Origin: Felis catus
Taxonomy: Eukaryota
Assembly: GCF_018350175.1 (NCBI RefSeq)
Contig: NC_058369.1
Location: 9,798,001 to 9,862,000, forward strand
Length of the DNA: 64,000 bases
Direction: 5' to 3'
Both the position numbers and the translations under genes were made by a program. The notes under the pieces are model-generated. The model saw only the letters and a list, made by a program, of their open reading frames with translations. It did no database searches and was not told the origin of the DNA. Positions 1-10,500 of this stretch are shown piece after piece; the first letter of the stretch is position 1; each line of letters starts with the position of its first letter.

Positions 1-238
1 CAGGCCTCCAAGAGGGGTAGGCAGGGGTAGCCCTCCCCATGCCCCTCTGTGTGGGGGGTGGCTCCCAACTGTGGGTGCCCCCTGCAGCCTGTGTCCTGTC
101 ACTCCCCATCACCCCCAGCCCACCTAGAGACCATGTATCCCCTGGCAGGTGCCTTTATGGGGGAGCGGCAGCAAGCCCCCCTGTGACAATGAGGAACCTC
201 CCATGGCCTGCTCCTCCCCCTTCACACTTCCTTGGAGG

Positions 239-244
239 TATAAG
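239..244 (+). promoter_or_regulatory. TATA-like box upstream of NANOS3
   Basis: TATAAG about 140 bp upstream of the ATG; motif match only. Confidence 0.3.
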
Positions 245-379
245 GAGGGAACTGACAGCCCAGACTCCTAGGCTCCACAGAGGGGAAGGGAGGGGCAGAG
301 GAAGGGTTAGAAAGCGGAGCTCTGGGCAGGCAAGGCTTCTTCTCTCTGCCCCTCTACCTGGCACACACGCTGCCCAGCT

Positions 380-2883
380 ATGGGAACCTTCAACCTATGG
401 ACGGATTACCTGGGTTTGGCGCGCCTGGTCGGGGCTCTGCGTGGGGAAGGGGAGCCTGAGACCAGGCTGGACCCCCAGCCACAGCCAGCTCCAGGACCTG
501 GGGGTCAGAGGCCCAGCCCGGAATCTTCAGCAGCTCCTGAACGCCTGTGCTCTTTCTGCAAACACAACGGCGAGTCCCGGGCCATCTACCAGTCCCATGT
601 GCTCAAGGATGAGGCCGGCCGGGTGCTGTGTCCCATCCTTCGTGACTACGTGTGCCCTCAGTGCGGCGCTACGCGCGAGCGTGCCCACACCCGTCGTTTC
701 TGCCCGCTCACTGGCCAGGGCTACACCTCCGTCTACAGCTATACCACCCGCAACTCAGCTGGCAAGAGGGTATCCCGGCCTGATAAGGCGAGGATGCAGG
801 ACTCGGGGCATCGCAGAGGAGGAGCAGCAGGCGCGGGAGCAGCGGGCGCGGGAGCAGCGGCGGCGGCCTGTGCAGGTGGCTGGGGAGACCCGCTGTGGAG
901 GGGACCTGCCCCAGGCTGTGGCTGAGTCCTTCGGGGCCTCTATGAAGTGGGGTTAGCCCAAGCACCCACTTTAGAGGGGCGGGGGGAGATGATCTGTGTA
1001 GAAACTTTAGAACAATATTCTAGAAGTGTTGCCCAATGTGAGTAAACTGGGGCTGGGATTAACTTGTGGCCTGGGCAAGACTCTCCCTCTTTGGGCCCAT
1101 GTGGGAAACGCCTTCTTTTCCAGGCATGGCGTGATCTGTCGGGGAGGCTGTGGGGACTAGTAGTGGGATCTGCAGTTAGGTATAGCAGGGGCTCCAGTCC
1201 TGCTTGGCACTTAGGAGCTGTGTGGCCTGAGAGAAGTTCTCAGCGTCTCTGAACCCTGGCTTCTTCATGCTCCTCCTTTGTTCACTCTTTCGCCAAATAG
1301 CTTGGGTGTCTGTTTTGTGCTGAGTGCTGGGCTGGGTCAGCGATGTGAAAATGTAGATGGGAGAGCGGCATTTCAGAGAGTGTGATGAGTGCTGAATGGG
1401 AGAGTCTGGAGGAAGCACCTGGATCCGGATGGAGGGGTCCAGGAGGGCTTCCTGGGGGAAGTGACTTTTGAAAGTCTAATTCAGTTTGATGGAGTGCTGA
1501 GAAGTGTGGCCCAGGCATTGGAGTTTGTTCAGGAACCCAGAGAAGTTAATGTATCTGGGACAGAATGCGTGTGCATGTATGGTGGAAGAGGTGTCAGAGA
1601 CTTGGGGGAACAGCACAAAAGCCTTATAAATCTTGGACTTGGGTACTAGGGAGCCACGGAAGGGGCAAGACCAGGTCTGCATGTTAACAGTATGTTGGAC
1701 CGTGGTAGACTGGACTGTCGGGACAGATTTCAGAGTGTTAGAAGGCAAGAAGGAGGCTGGTCCTCCAGGCAAAGGTGTCAAGGCAGCAAGGAGGGAGAGA
1801 CCCAGCATCCAGGGAAACGTCAGGTTGTGTGTGGATCAGCTCAGGAGGGCAGCGGGGGCATAAGTTTATGAGAGCTTTGGCTGAAGCCTCCCTAAACTGG
1901 CCCCACACTGCCTGGCTCACCCCATGGGTCACCCCATAGCGATCATCAAATGTGGATTCCGTTTCTGCAGGTCTGGGTGGGGCCTGAGCACCTGCATTTC
2001 TAACGAGCTCCCAGCCAGGCAGGAAGGCCAGGGACCAGGCAGGCCGCAGGCTTGGTGTAGTTTGAGTTTACGTGGCAGCAGTTATTACAGATGTGAAAGG
2101 CCTCAGCTCCTGTGGGGTTTTAAAACAAATCGTTTTAGCAACTTTAATTGCTTTTGCAGAAGATGGCTAACAGAAGAGGCAGGTCTGACTGGGCCATGTT
2201 GTTGCCCATTTGGGTGCCCGATGTGGGTATAGCCTCTTCCATCAGAGTGTGAGCTCCTTGAGGGAAGTGACTGGGCGGGACCATCTCACCCTCACCCCCA
2301 GAAGCTGTGCAGGGAACATTTGTCCAAAGAGTTAAGTCCCTCCAGGAGAAGACCATATTCCCCAAGAGATGCAGTGAAGTCCAACTGGGAAATGGGGGAA
2401 GCCGAGGGCACATAGAAATGATGGCCTCAGAATTTGCTTTTTTTCCCTTCTTAAGTGGGAGGGAATAGGAAAACTCCCCAGGTTTGGAGGGTGGGGTGGA
2501 GCAGCCCTCACCGCAATACTGGCAGAAAGGCCAGCCTCCTGTAACATTCTGGGTGTAACAAATGTGGAGTCCCAGAGCCCTACAGCCGCAAGGGGGCAGC
2601 GCAGCCAGCCAGAGTGGGAGTTTCTGGGCTTGGTATCCAGCTCTGGGTCCCACCCTGGGCTGTCCTGAGCTGGCGGTCACAGGGATGCTATTCCAGGAGC
2701 GGCCCCCAGGTGGCGCCAGAGCCCCGGCAGCCTTGAAGTTTGAACCAGGACTTTGAGAGCCTTGAATCATACCCTGTTATCGTTTTTCTCCTTCCCTCCG
2801 CTTTTTAAAATCCAGGTTCCAAAGGTGCTGGGAAGTCTTCTGGACCTTCACCCTCTTCCTGCTGTCCCTCCACTTCTGCCTAG
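380..2883 (+). CDS. NANOS3: Nanos homolog 3, CCHC zinc-finger translational repressor (2 coding exons, 187 aa)
   Basis: Exons 380-875 and 2816-2883 (CAG|GT donor, ttttaaaatccag|GT acceptor, phase 1). N-terminal NOT1-interacting motif [10 protein letters not shown], two CCHC fingers (CSFCKHN...H...CP; CPQCGAT...HT...CP), C-terminus [22 protein letters not shown]. Confidence 0.96.
1952..2013. mobile_element. MER5-like hAT-Charlie fragment
   Basis: gcaggtctgggtggggcctgagcacctgcatttctaacgagctcccag resembles the recalled MER5A core. Confidence 0.55.
2583..2719 (+). promoter_or_regulatory. Two same-orientation CTCF-like motifs in the NANOS3 intron
   Basis: CAGCCGCAAGGGGGCAGC (about 2583-2600) and GGCCCCCAGGTGGCGCCAG (2701-2719), the second preceded by TGCTATTCC. 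Confidence 0.5.
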
Positions 2884-3131
2884 GAGACTGGTGCAGGGAG
2901 GATGGAGATGCTGCCTTCCCCTGGGTGTGGGGACCCAAGCTCGATGGAAGATGTATTTTGGGGAAGGTCCACTTTGCAAGGACCTGCCCCTGGGCCCTTC
3001 CCCCAGCCTGGAGGCCTGGCTAAGAGAGCAGAGCCTGGGAGCACAGCTGAAAGAGCCCCCCCATGAGGAAGGAGGTGGCCGTCAGTCACCCTGGCCCTCC
3101 CTCCCCAGCACTGGCCACCCACTCAGCACTC

Positions 3132-3137
3132 AATAAA
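3132..3137 (+). terminator. NANOS3 polyadenylation signal
   Basis: AATAAA about 250 nt after the stop codon. Confidence 0.75.
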
Positions 3138-4964
3138 TGCTTATGAATGGATCAGCGTCAGAAGAGGCCAGGTCTTGGGACAAGGTAGTGTGAACAGCTC
3201 CAGAGGGGATGGGGCACCTCTTTTCTATTCTCACTGCATCTTTCAGCCCCCACATGTTACTCTGACCCCCACTTTCCCCAACTGTTATTTGGATTTTGGT
3301 TCATCCTGGAGTGCTGGGGTGAGCTTGCTTTATGCTGAGGAATGGGAGTGGGCACCACAGGGTGACAGCCCAGCACCTGAGCACGGCACTTGCTGCCCGG
3401 TTAGCACCCTGAAGCCATTCCTGTGATGTCTAGTATTTTTGAACTCCCTTCCAGCCATCTCTCACACACTGACATGCCAAATGGGCAGAATCCTCCACCC
3501 TGGAGGTGGGGGCTTGATAGGAGACTGTCCCTCCCCCTCCTCCCCAAATCATCCTGACCAAGGAGGCCCTCAGTGAATGTTTAGGTCATCACAGATGTCC
3601 TAGCAACCAAGGCCATGAAGTCACATGCCAGACCCTTCAGAACAGGGAAGGACTTCTTGAGGGGGTTGGCGAAGAATGGGAATATGTCCTGGGGGGTTGG
3701 GCCAGCCAAGGCCTTGGGGAGAAGGCATCATGGCTTTGGCTCTGCTTGGGCAGGGGAGGGAGATCCGTCCCTACCAGGTAGTGTGATCCAGTTCTCCTGG
3801 GGCAAAGGCTGAGCTTGTGGGAATCCCCACTCCCTGTCTGCTCCCCTGGCCTCCAGAGGGCAGCAGGTGGCAAGTGTCTGTCTAAATTCTTCCCCCAAGC
3901 CAAGGGCTGGCCTGGGGTCTGGGGTTCCATCCCTAGCTCACACGGTCTCCCAGAGTTGGGTGGAAGCGGGATTTGGATTTTGCAGGTCCCCTCTGGCCCT
4001 TGGCTTTTGGACGTGGACCAGGACCCGAGGCCACCCAGGAGGAGGGCTGGGGATGGGAGACAGTCCTTGAGGACAGCCTGGTCCCTCTGCTTGGAGAGGG
4101 GAGGGAAGGAGGAGAAAGAAGACCCAGAGGAAGGCTCCTTAGCAGCCCCAAGAGTTTCAAACTGGGTTAGGGGACACAACATCCCAGCCACCCCCAGCTG
4201 CTTGTAAGTGCTCATTGTATAGGCCAGAGCTGCTGGCACTTGAGACCCAGGGTACCAGGAGAAGGGGCATGTCCAGGCAGGTTCAAGGAAGAAGCTGCAC
4301 ATCCAGCCAGGAGAAGGGGGACCATGACCCACCTTGCTCTCCTCCAGCATGGGGTTTCCTGGGGTCTAAGAAGGCCGTAGGAGGGGATCTCTGCCTTGAC
4401 TATAGGAAATGGGTGCAGGAGTCACAGGTGAAAGGACTAATGAAGTCTCCAGTCTGGTCAACCTTTTGGTGACCAATTTAATTGAAGCATCGTGTTCTGT
4501 AAAATGGGTTGGACAGCAGCACCTGCAGACACTAGCTGTGTTTGCATCAGTAACAATCCCCCAGCACTGCCTCCTTCCAGTCTGGGGCCTAGAAGCAGCT
4601 TTTTCCTTGGGGGATGGGTAAGGCCATCTGAGCTCTCAAAGCGAACCTACCAACTCCGCAGTTGGGTGATCAACTATGATGTCTCAGTGGGCTTGTTGCC
4701 CCACAGATACGGGTGTGTGTGTGTGTGCTTGGATGTGTACACACACATGGACACACAGCCACCCACTCCTGGAGACTGACACACTTAGCATCTTGTGGGG
4801 ACCCCTTGATTCACAGGGCCCGGCAGTGGCCCAACCTGCCTTCCTGGGGAGGATGAGAAGTAAAAGGAGAAAGAGGTGGTTAGGGAGGTTTGTGGGCAAA
4901 ACATAAGGAACTGAAAATGCCTCAAACCCCAAACAACAGGTCACAGATCCACACTAGGGAATCA

Positions 4965-4970
4965 TTTATT
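4965..4970 (-). terminator. BRME1 polyadenylation signal
   Basis: TTTATT on + (AATAAA on -), followed on - by a GU-rich tract (tgtgacctgttgtttggggttt). Confidence 0.75.
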
Positions 4971-5552
4971 AATGCTCTAACCAGAACAAATAAAATGGAA
5001 ATCTGGAGAAAAACAGAGGTACTGCCAACAAAGGGAACCCTTTTCTCCTCCAGGAAAGAAACAAATTCTGAACCTCCCATAACCTGAGCTGAAGAACTGA
5101 AATTTGCAAATCCAGATAAACATCCGGGCCGCTCTAGGCCCTGCTCAGAGCAGCTGGCTTTCTGAGTGTTGGGGGCACAGTCAGCCTCCAGCCTCCTGCC
5201 TCTGGCCTTTGCTGCAGCCCCAGGGAGGAGCAGGTCCCCTTCCGTACCAACTCCCAAGGGAGGCTATTGACTGGGGCCTGGCCTCCTGTGTTTCCCATGG
5301 AAAGCTGACTTCTGGGTAGGCTGAGGGAAGGTTTCTGGGGCCCACTGGGGAAACGCTGGAGCATCTTCTAGGGTAAACCAGGGGGCACACACGGCCTGCA
5401 GGCTTTCCGGGGTCTGCTGAGGGATTGTTTCCAGCTGTTTGGCAGGAGTACCAGGCACTTCTGGGGGCCAGCGCAGAGGAAACACGCATAGGCACTGTGA
5501 GCTTGCACACAAGTGTGCGCACAGGGCGCTCCTGAGGTGGTCTGGAAGTAAT

Positions 5553-7124
5553 CTACAAATCCCTCCAGGATCGCTCCCCTGGAGGGAGATTCCCAGCTCC
5601 CTTTGATGTGTAGGGTGCCGGCGCTTTCCCTGCTGGCCTTGCCTTCCTGTAGTTGAGGCGCCTGAAGGCCTCCAGGTCCCGGTGGGTGCTCATGATCAGC
5701 CGGCTGCAGGAAGTGCCAGCAGGAGCTGTGCTCCACCAGACGTCCGTGCGAGGACCCCACCTCTCATTCGGGCACAAGTGGCTGCTCACTCTCCCACACA
5801 AGCTCACACACCTACACACTCACGGATCATGGACACACACACAGGCGGATGCTGGCACTGGGCCCTCCCCACCACCCTCCAAGGCCCTGTCCCCTCTGCC
5901 ACCCCTCCCACCCCACTCATCCATGGATCCCTGCCCAATGCTTACTTCAGGTTGGAGAGCTCAACCACAAGGCCACGCACGGTGTCTGTCGCGTCCTCCA
6001 TCCTGGCAGCTTCGCAAGCTTTGATCCCTACACATGTCCTGGGGGGGAAGGGAGGGATGACATGAAGCCTGACCTCACTGGACAGCTCTGTCAAAGTCTG
6101 TTCTGGGGGCTTCTGCTGGGCCTGGAGCGGTCTTCTCTGGATGTTAATACCTTTTACAGATACGAAGCCACCACAGGCAGAGCCCTCATGGCCAACCTGG
6201 CTGGCTGTACCATGAGAGGCACACTCAGAATCCAGCCGCCTCCCCACCACCTTGGTCCTTGTCTGGACAGCTGCCACAGCCTCCCTGGCCGCCAGTTCCT
6301 GCCCCTACAGCCTGTCCCCCGTTCAGTGCTGGGGTGGGGTGGGCTGTGAAAATGGAAACCGGGTCGGGCCCAGTGCCCCTCCCTGCAGCCCTGCACCATC
6401 TGCCAGCACCTCCAGACCCCATCCCCTCATTCTCATTCCCTTCCCCCCCTGTTCCAGCCACACTGAATTCCTGGCTGTTCCCTGAGCACTTCTTAGGGCC
6501 CTGGAATGTTCTTTCCCAAATATCTCCTCCTGGTGGGGGGAGGGGGCCTTCCCTGATCACCACTGTAAATTTTTAACCCCTTCCTCACAGTCTTTTTCTC
6601 AACACTTTACCATCTGACTAATTTGCTGGTCTCTCACCCTCCCACCCCCACCAGATGGAAGTTTTGTGTTTTGTCCCACACGGCCTCCCCCATGCCCAGA
6701 GCAATTCCTGGAAGAGCTGGCACTGGATGGCATTAGTATCTATGGAAGGGTAGATGCACCACAGCACCCACTGTATCTAACACATGTGGCCTGCGGGTGT
6801 GGGCAGTGGGCTGCCCTCCTGGACTCGAGCCAACAGCTGTTCCTAAATCCTCCCACACCCCAGCTTAGCAGTGTCTGCCAGGCTGTCACTGTGGGAACTC
6901 CAGTTCTGCCCCACCCGCTTCGGTCACCCTGAGCTGGCTTGCCTTAGCCTCTGCACGTCCCACTCAGCCACAGGCCACTGAACCAGACCCATGACCTGCC
7001 TGGGGCTTCCAGTCATCCATGTGGGTCATATCAGAGGCCACTGGAGATTCACAACATGAATCTCTCTCCTCTTTGCTCAAGCAATAGTAGGGCCACTTTG
7101 ACTAAACTGCCACTGATCCCCTTG

Positions 7125-7174
<50 letters not shown>

Positions 7175-7518
7175 CAACAAGTGGTACAACAGGTACTATT
7201 TACAGACGTTACGCATGGGTAAGAGGTGGGAACGTGGCCACCTCTATCCTGAGGATGAGGGGGAGGAGGAGAAAAAGGAAGGAGACAAATTCTGCCAAGG
7301 GCTGTGTCTCTCACCCCTCCTCCACACTTGCCAGCCAGAAACAGAAACTTGGCCATGAATAATCGATAAGCTGCAGCCTCTGCAGAGAGGCCAGTTCAAG
7401 TACAAGGTAACAGGAGAGGACTGGCTCAGTGTTAGCGCCTGGCAGGGTGGGGAGAAAGGACACAAAGGGAGGTGATGGGACTGTGAAAGGCTCTGGGGTA
7501 GAGACAGAGGACCCCCCC

Positions 7519-7571
<53 letters not shown>

Positions 7572-10500
7572 TCCATGGCCTGCAGGAGGGAGAAAGTGGC
7601 CTGCCTTAGGGCACAGAGCCAAGTGAGGAGATGGGACCAGTCAGGGACCCTGGAGGTCCAGAAGGTGCCAGAGCGGGGACAGACCCCAAGGTCACATGGG
7701 CCAACGGTTCTTAGCCCTGTCTGGGTCCTCTTCCCCTCTAGAGATTTAGGAAAAGCTCTAGAACCTCTCTCCACAAAAAGTACATGGTATGTCACAACAA
7801 CCCATGGACCTGGGGGCACCTTCCCAGCGGTTCTGGGAAGAGACTGTGGTTTGTCTGTAGATCGATGATCACGATTTTTCCACTCATGGGGATCAGGGGA
7901 CACGCACAGTTTGAAAGATGGGGCTCGGCTCCCTTACTGAGGCCCATCCAGGGCAAGGCAGGCCTATGGTGAGGGAGAGTGTGGGAAGCGCCAGTGCCAG
8001 GAAAGCAGTGACGTTTTCCCCTCCCAGGCACTTAGGGACAACCGGTACTGGGGCAAGCGTCCTGGGCCAGCCTCCCCCCATCATGTCTACCTCAGCTGGA
8101 AGTCAGTGAGGGGGCCTCCATCAGCATGTAGGCTTGTGCCAGGCCAACGAGAGTCCAGCCTGCTCCCCAGAGGAAACAACTGTGGAGAGAGAGCACACAT
8201 ATGAAAGACCTAGCTGTGAGCCCTGCACAGGGAAGGGTCATGCAGGGACCTCTCGGTTCCTCCGGGCCATGTGAGGGACACGGAGGCAGAGAATCCTGCA
8301 GAACAGTGGTGTAGGGAAGGGACGGGATGCCGTAACAGCTAGACCCGGGGGCCGCCAGCCCCGGCTGCTCTCCCCACCTCCCCATTCCAAAAGAGCAGAC
8401 AGGGCAATGTGGGGCCTGACCCTGGTGTCCCCTGCCGGGCCTGTGCTTTCTGAAGGGCTGATCTGTGCTGGCAGATGGCTCTGTCTCTGATGGCTGAGGT
8501 GTAGCACTGTCTCCTGCTCATCCTGCAGTATCTGGAAAGATACAGAGAAGACCCCCAGTAATGGTGACTGGGGCGAGGTGGGCATCTGGTGTTGAGGGGA
8601 AGAGGTCAGCCAGGTTTCATGTCAGGGGGAGATTTTGCAAATACATTTTAAGGGAAAATTTATAATTAATAGGGGAGAAAGCCAGATAACCCTGAGAAGC
8701 TTAAGTTTCTAAATGTCAACGGTGGTTTAACTTTCATGGAAAATGTCAGGCTCAATCATGGAGGTGACATATGTCCCTCCAAAAAGAGGCAAAGAGGCTG
8801 GGGCAGAGTGGCCGGCCCAGGGCCTCTTCTGGGGGGACCAAAGTCCTAGAGTAAGACGGGACCCACTCCAAAAGACATCCTTTCAGAACCGAGCCCCTCT
8901 CTCCTGACAGCAGTGGGGGATGGGGTGAAGGGCTTGAGCTACAGCTTACAGCTGCAAATCGTCCCTGAATCCCAAGGAACAGACGTGAAGAGCTGCTTGT
9001 AGCCCAGCGGCTCTCACCAGGGAGGATCACCCCTAGGCACTTCACGCTGGTCGGCACACTTTGGTACTGGGGAAGGTGCTACGGGCATGCTGTGGGTAGA
9101 GGTCAGGAGGGCCACTCAGCACCCTACAGTGCACAGGACAGCCCCACCACACAGAACTATCTGGGGCCAAATGCCAGCAGTGCCGAGTTGGGAAGCCCGT
9201 CTAGTTATCTCCCAGGCATCTGGTTGACTTTCATGTAAGTGACTCTGTGGCTTAAAATACAACTTGGCATCACATGTTCACTCAACTCACTGTGCTGTTC
9301 TTGGCCATGAGAAATATTCTCCCTCCTGACAGGTACTACTGCCTCCACCAGGGTTCTGTGAATGTTTGACACAGTGAGGGCAGTTCTCCTCCAGAATGTG
9401 CTGGAGGCCACCACTCTAGGACCCAAGAGGGACTTGGAATCAGCTTTTTTTAAGTGACTTACGTGGCAGTGGCCTACAGAGGCCCCAGTGTCTCTGTGGG
9501 GAGTGTTACATCCTAAGGGAGCTACTATGAGAAGAAAACACCATAGTTTCCTGTGAGGAGACCTGGGTTTGAAACTGCTCTGTCATTGCTGTGTAACCTC
9601 TGGGACCCCCCGAGTTGCCTCCTCCGAAGCAGTGCTCATGGCTGTGCCACCGTGAGGGACAGTGGGCAGGCCGCTGCTGCCACTCTCTCCATCTACCTGC
9701 ACTCTATTCCCAAGTGTGCCTGTCCACGCAGCCTTCCTGCTGGGCCCCATCCAGAAGCTTTCCGTGGGAACCTGCCTGTGCCGGGGTCGCCCCAACTTGT
9801 TTGGGAACGCCCATTATCTAAACGAAACGTGCCCAGGCGTCAGCAGCCTTGTCAGGGCAGCGCTTCCGCCCCTGGGGGGCCTGTCAGGTCTGACCACCCC
9901 GGCTGTCTGCTGGGTCCCACCACTGCGGATTCCTTGGTGTTTTCAAAGCCCAAAGTCACTGGTGGCCGATCAGGAAGGGCTTGCTCTTTGCCTGCTGGAT
10001 GCCACTAGATAGCCCAACTGCTCCTTTAGCCACTGCCCAGCAGCCAGAGACTGAGGGCAACTTAGACTGCTCTTCTTTCCAAGGGAGGGGTTTATATTTT
10101 TCAAGGGATGGGGCTTCAATTATAAAATTTCAGCTGTGCCAGGAGCTGAACGCCCATCTATCCCAGGTACTTGTCTTCAAACGTTATGAGTGGACTGCAC
10201 GGCGATTGGCTTTCAATGATCTTACTCATCTGGTGATTGAGAAATGGGTGGCCCAAGGTACTGGGGGCCCACATGTGGCACCTGGGGCCTGGTCTGAAGC
10301 TACCCTGCAGGTAAACATGGTGAGGGGCCAAAGATGACCCTTGGCCATCCCCTGGGAAGGCAGCACCTTGGAGACTCACATTTGCTCAACCCAGCCACAT
10401 TCCCCTCTGTGTCTGGAACAGCTGGCTCTCTTCAGCTAGGCACCAGATGAAATACTAGGCATGTGTTTCGGGGCCATATTGTATAAAAAAACTCTTTAAG

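Noticed and set aside
1..380. MIR181C/MIR181D, expected near NANOS3 by synteny
   Set aside because: No miR-181 mature sequence (AACATTCA...) seen in this stretch; the hairpins are presumably upstream of the window.
39..956. 305-aa ORF overlapping NANOS3 in another frame
   Set aside because: GC-rich shadow frame with no recognisable domain; its ATGs at 39 and 189 lie upstream of the TATA-like box and probable TSS.
6027..6029. Alternative BRME1 acceptor tgtgtag| at 6027
   Set aside because: Wrong phase for the upstream exon; the acceptor at 6038 has the pyrimidine tract and keeps frame.
10226..10304. Exon-like segment on - (cctgcag| ... GA|GTAAGA)
   Set aside because: Short polypyrimidine tract, 79 nt frameshifting, and no other support.
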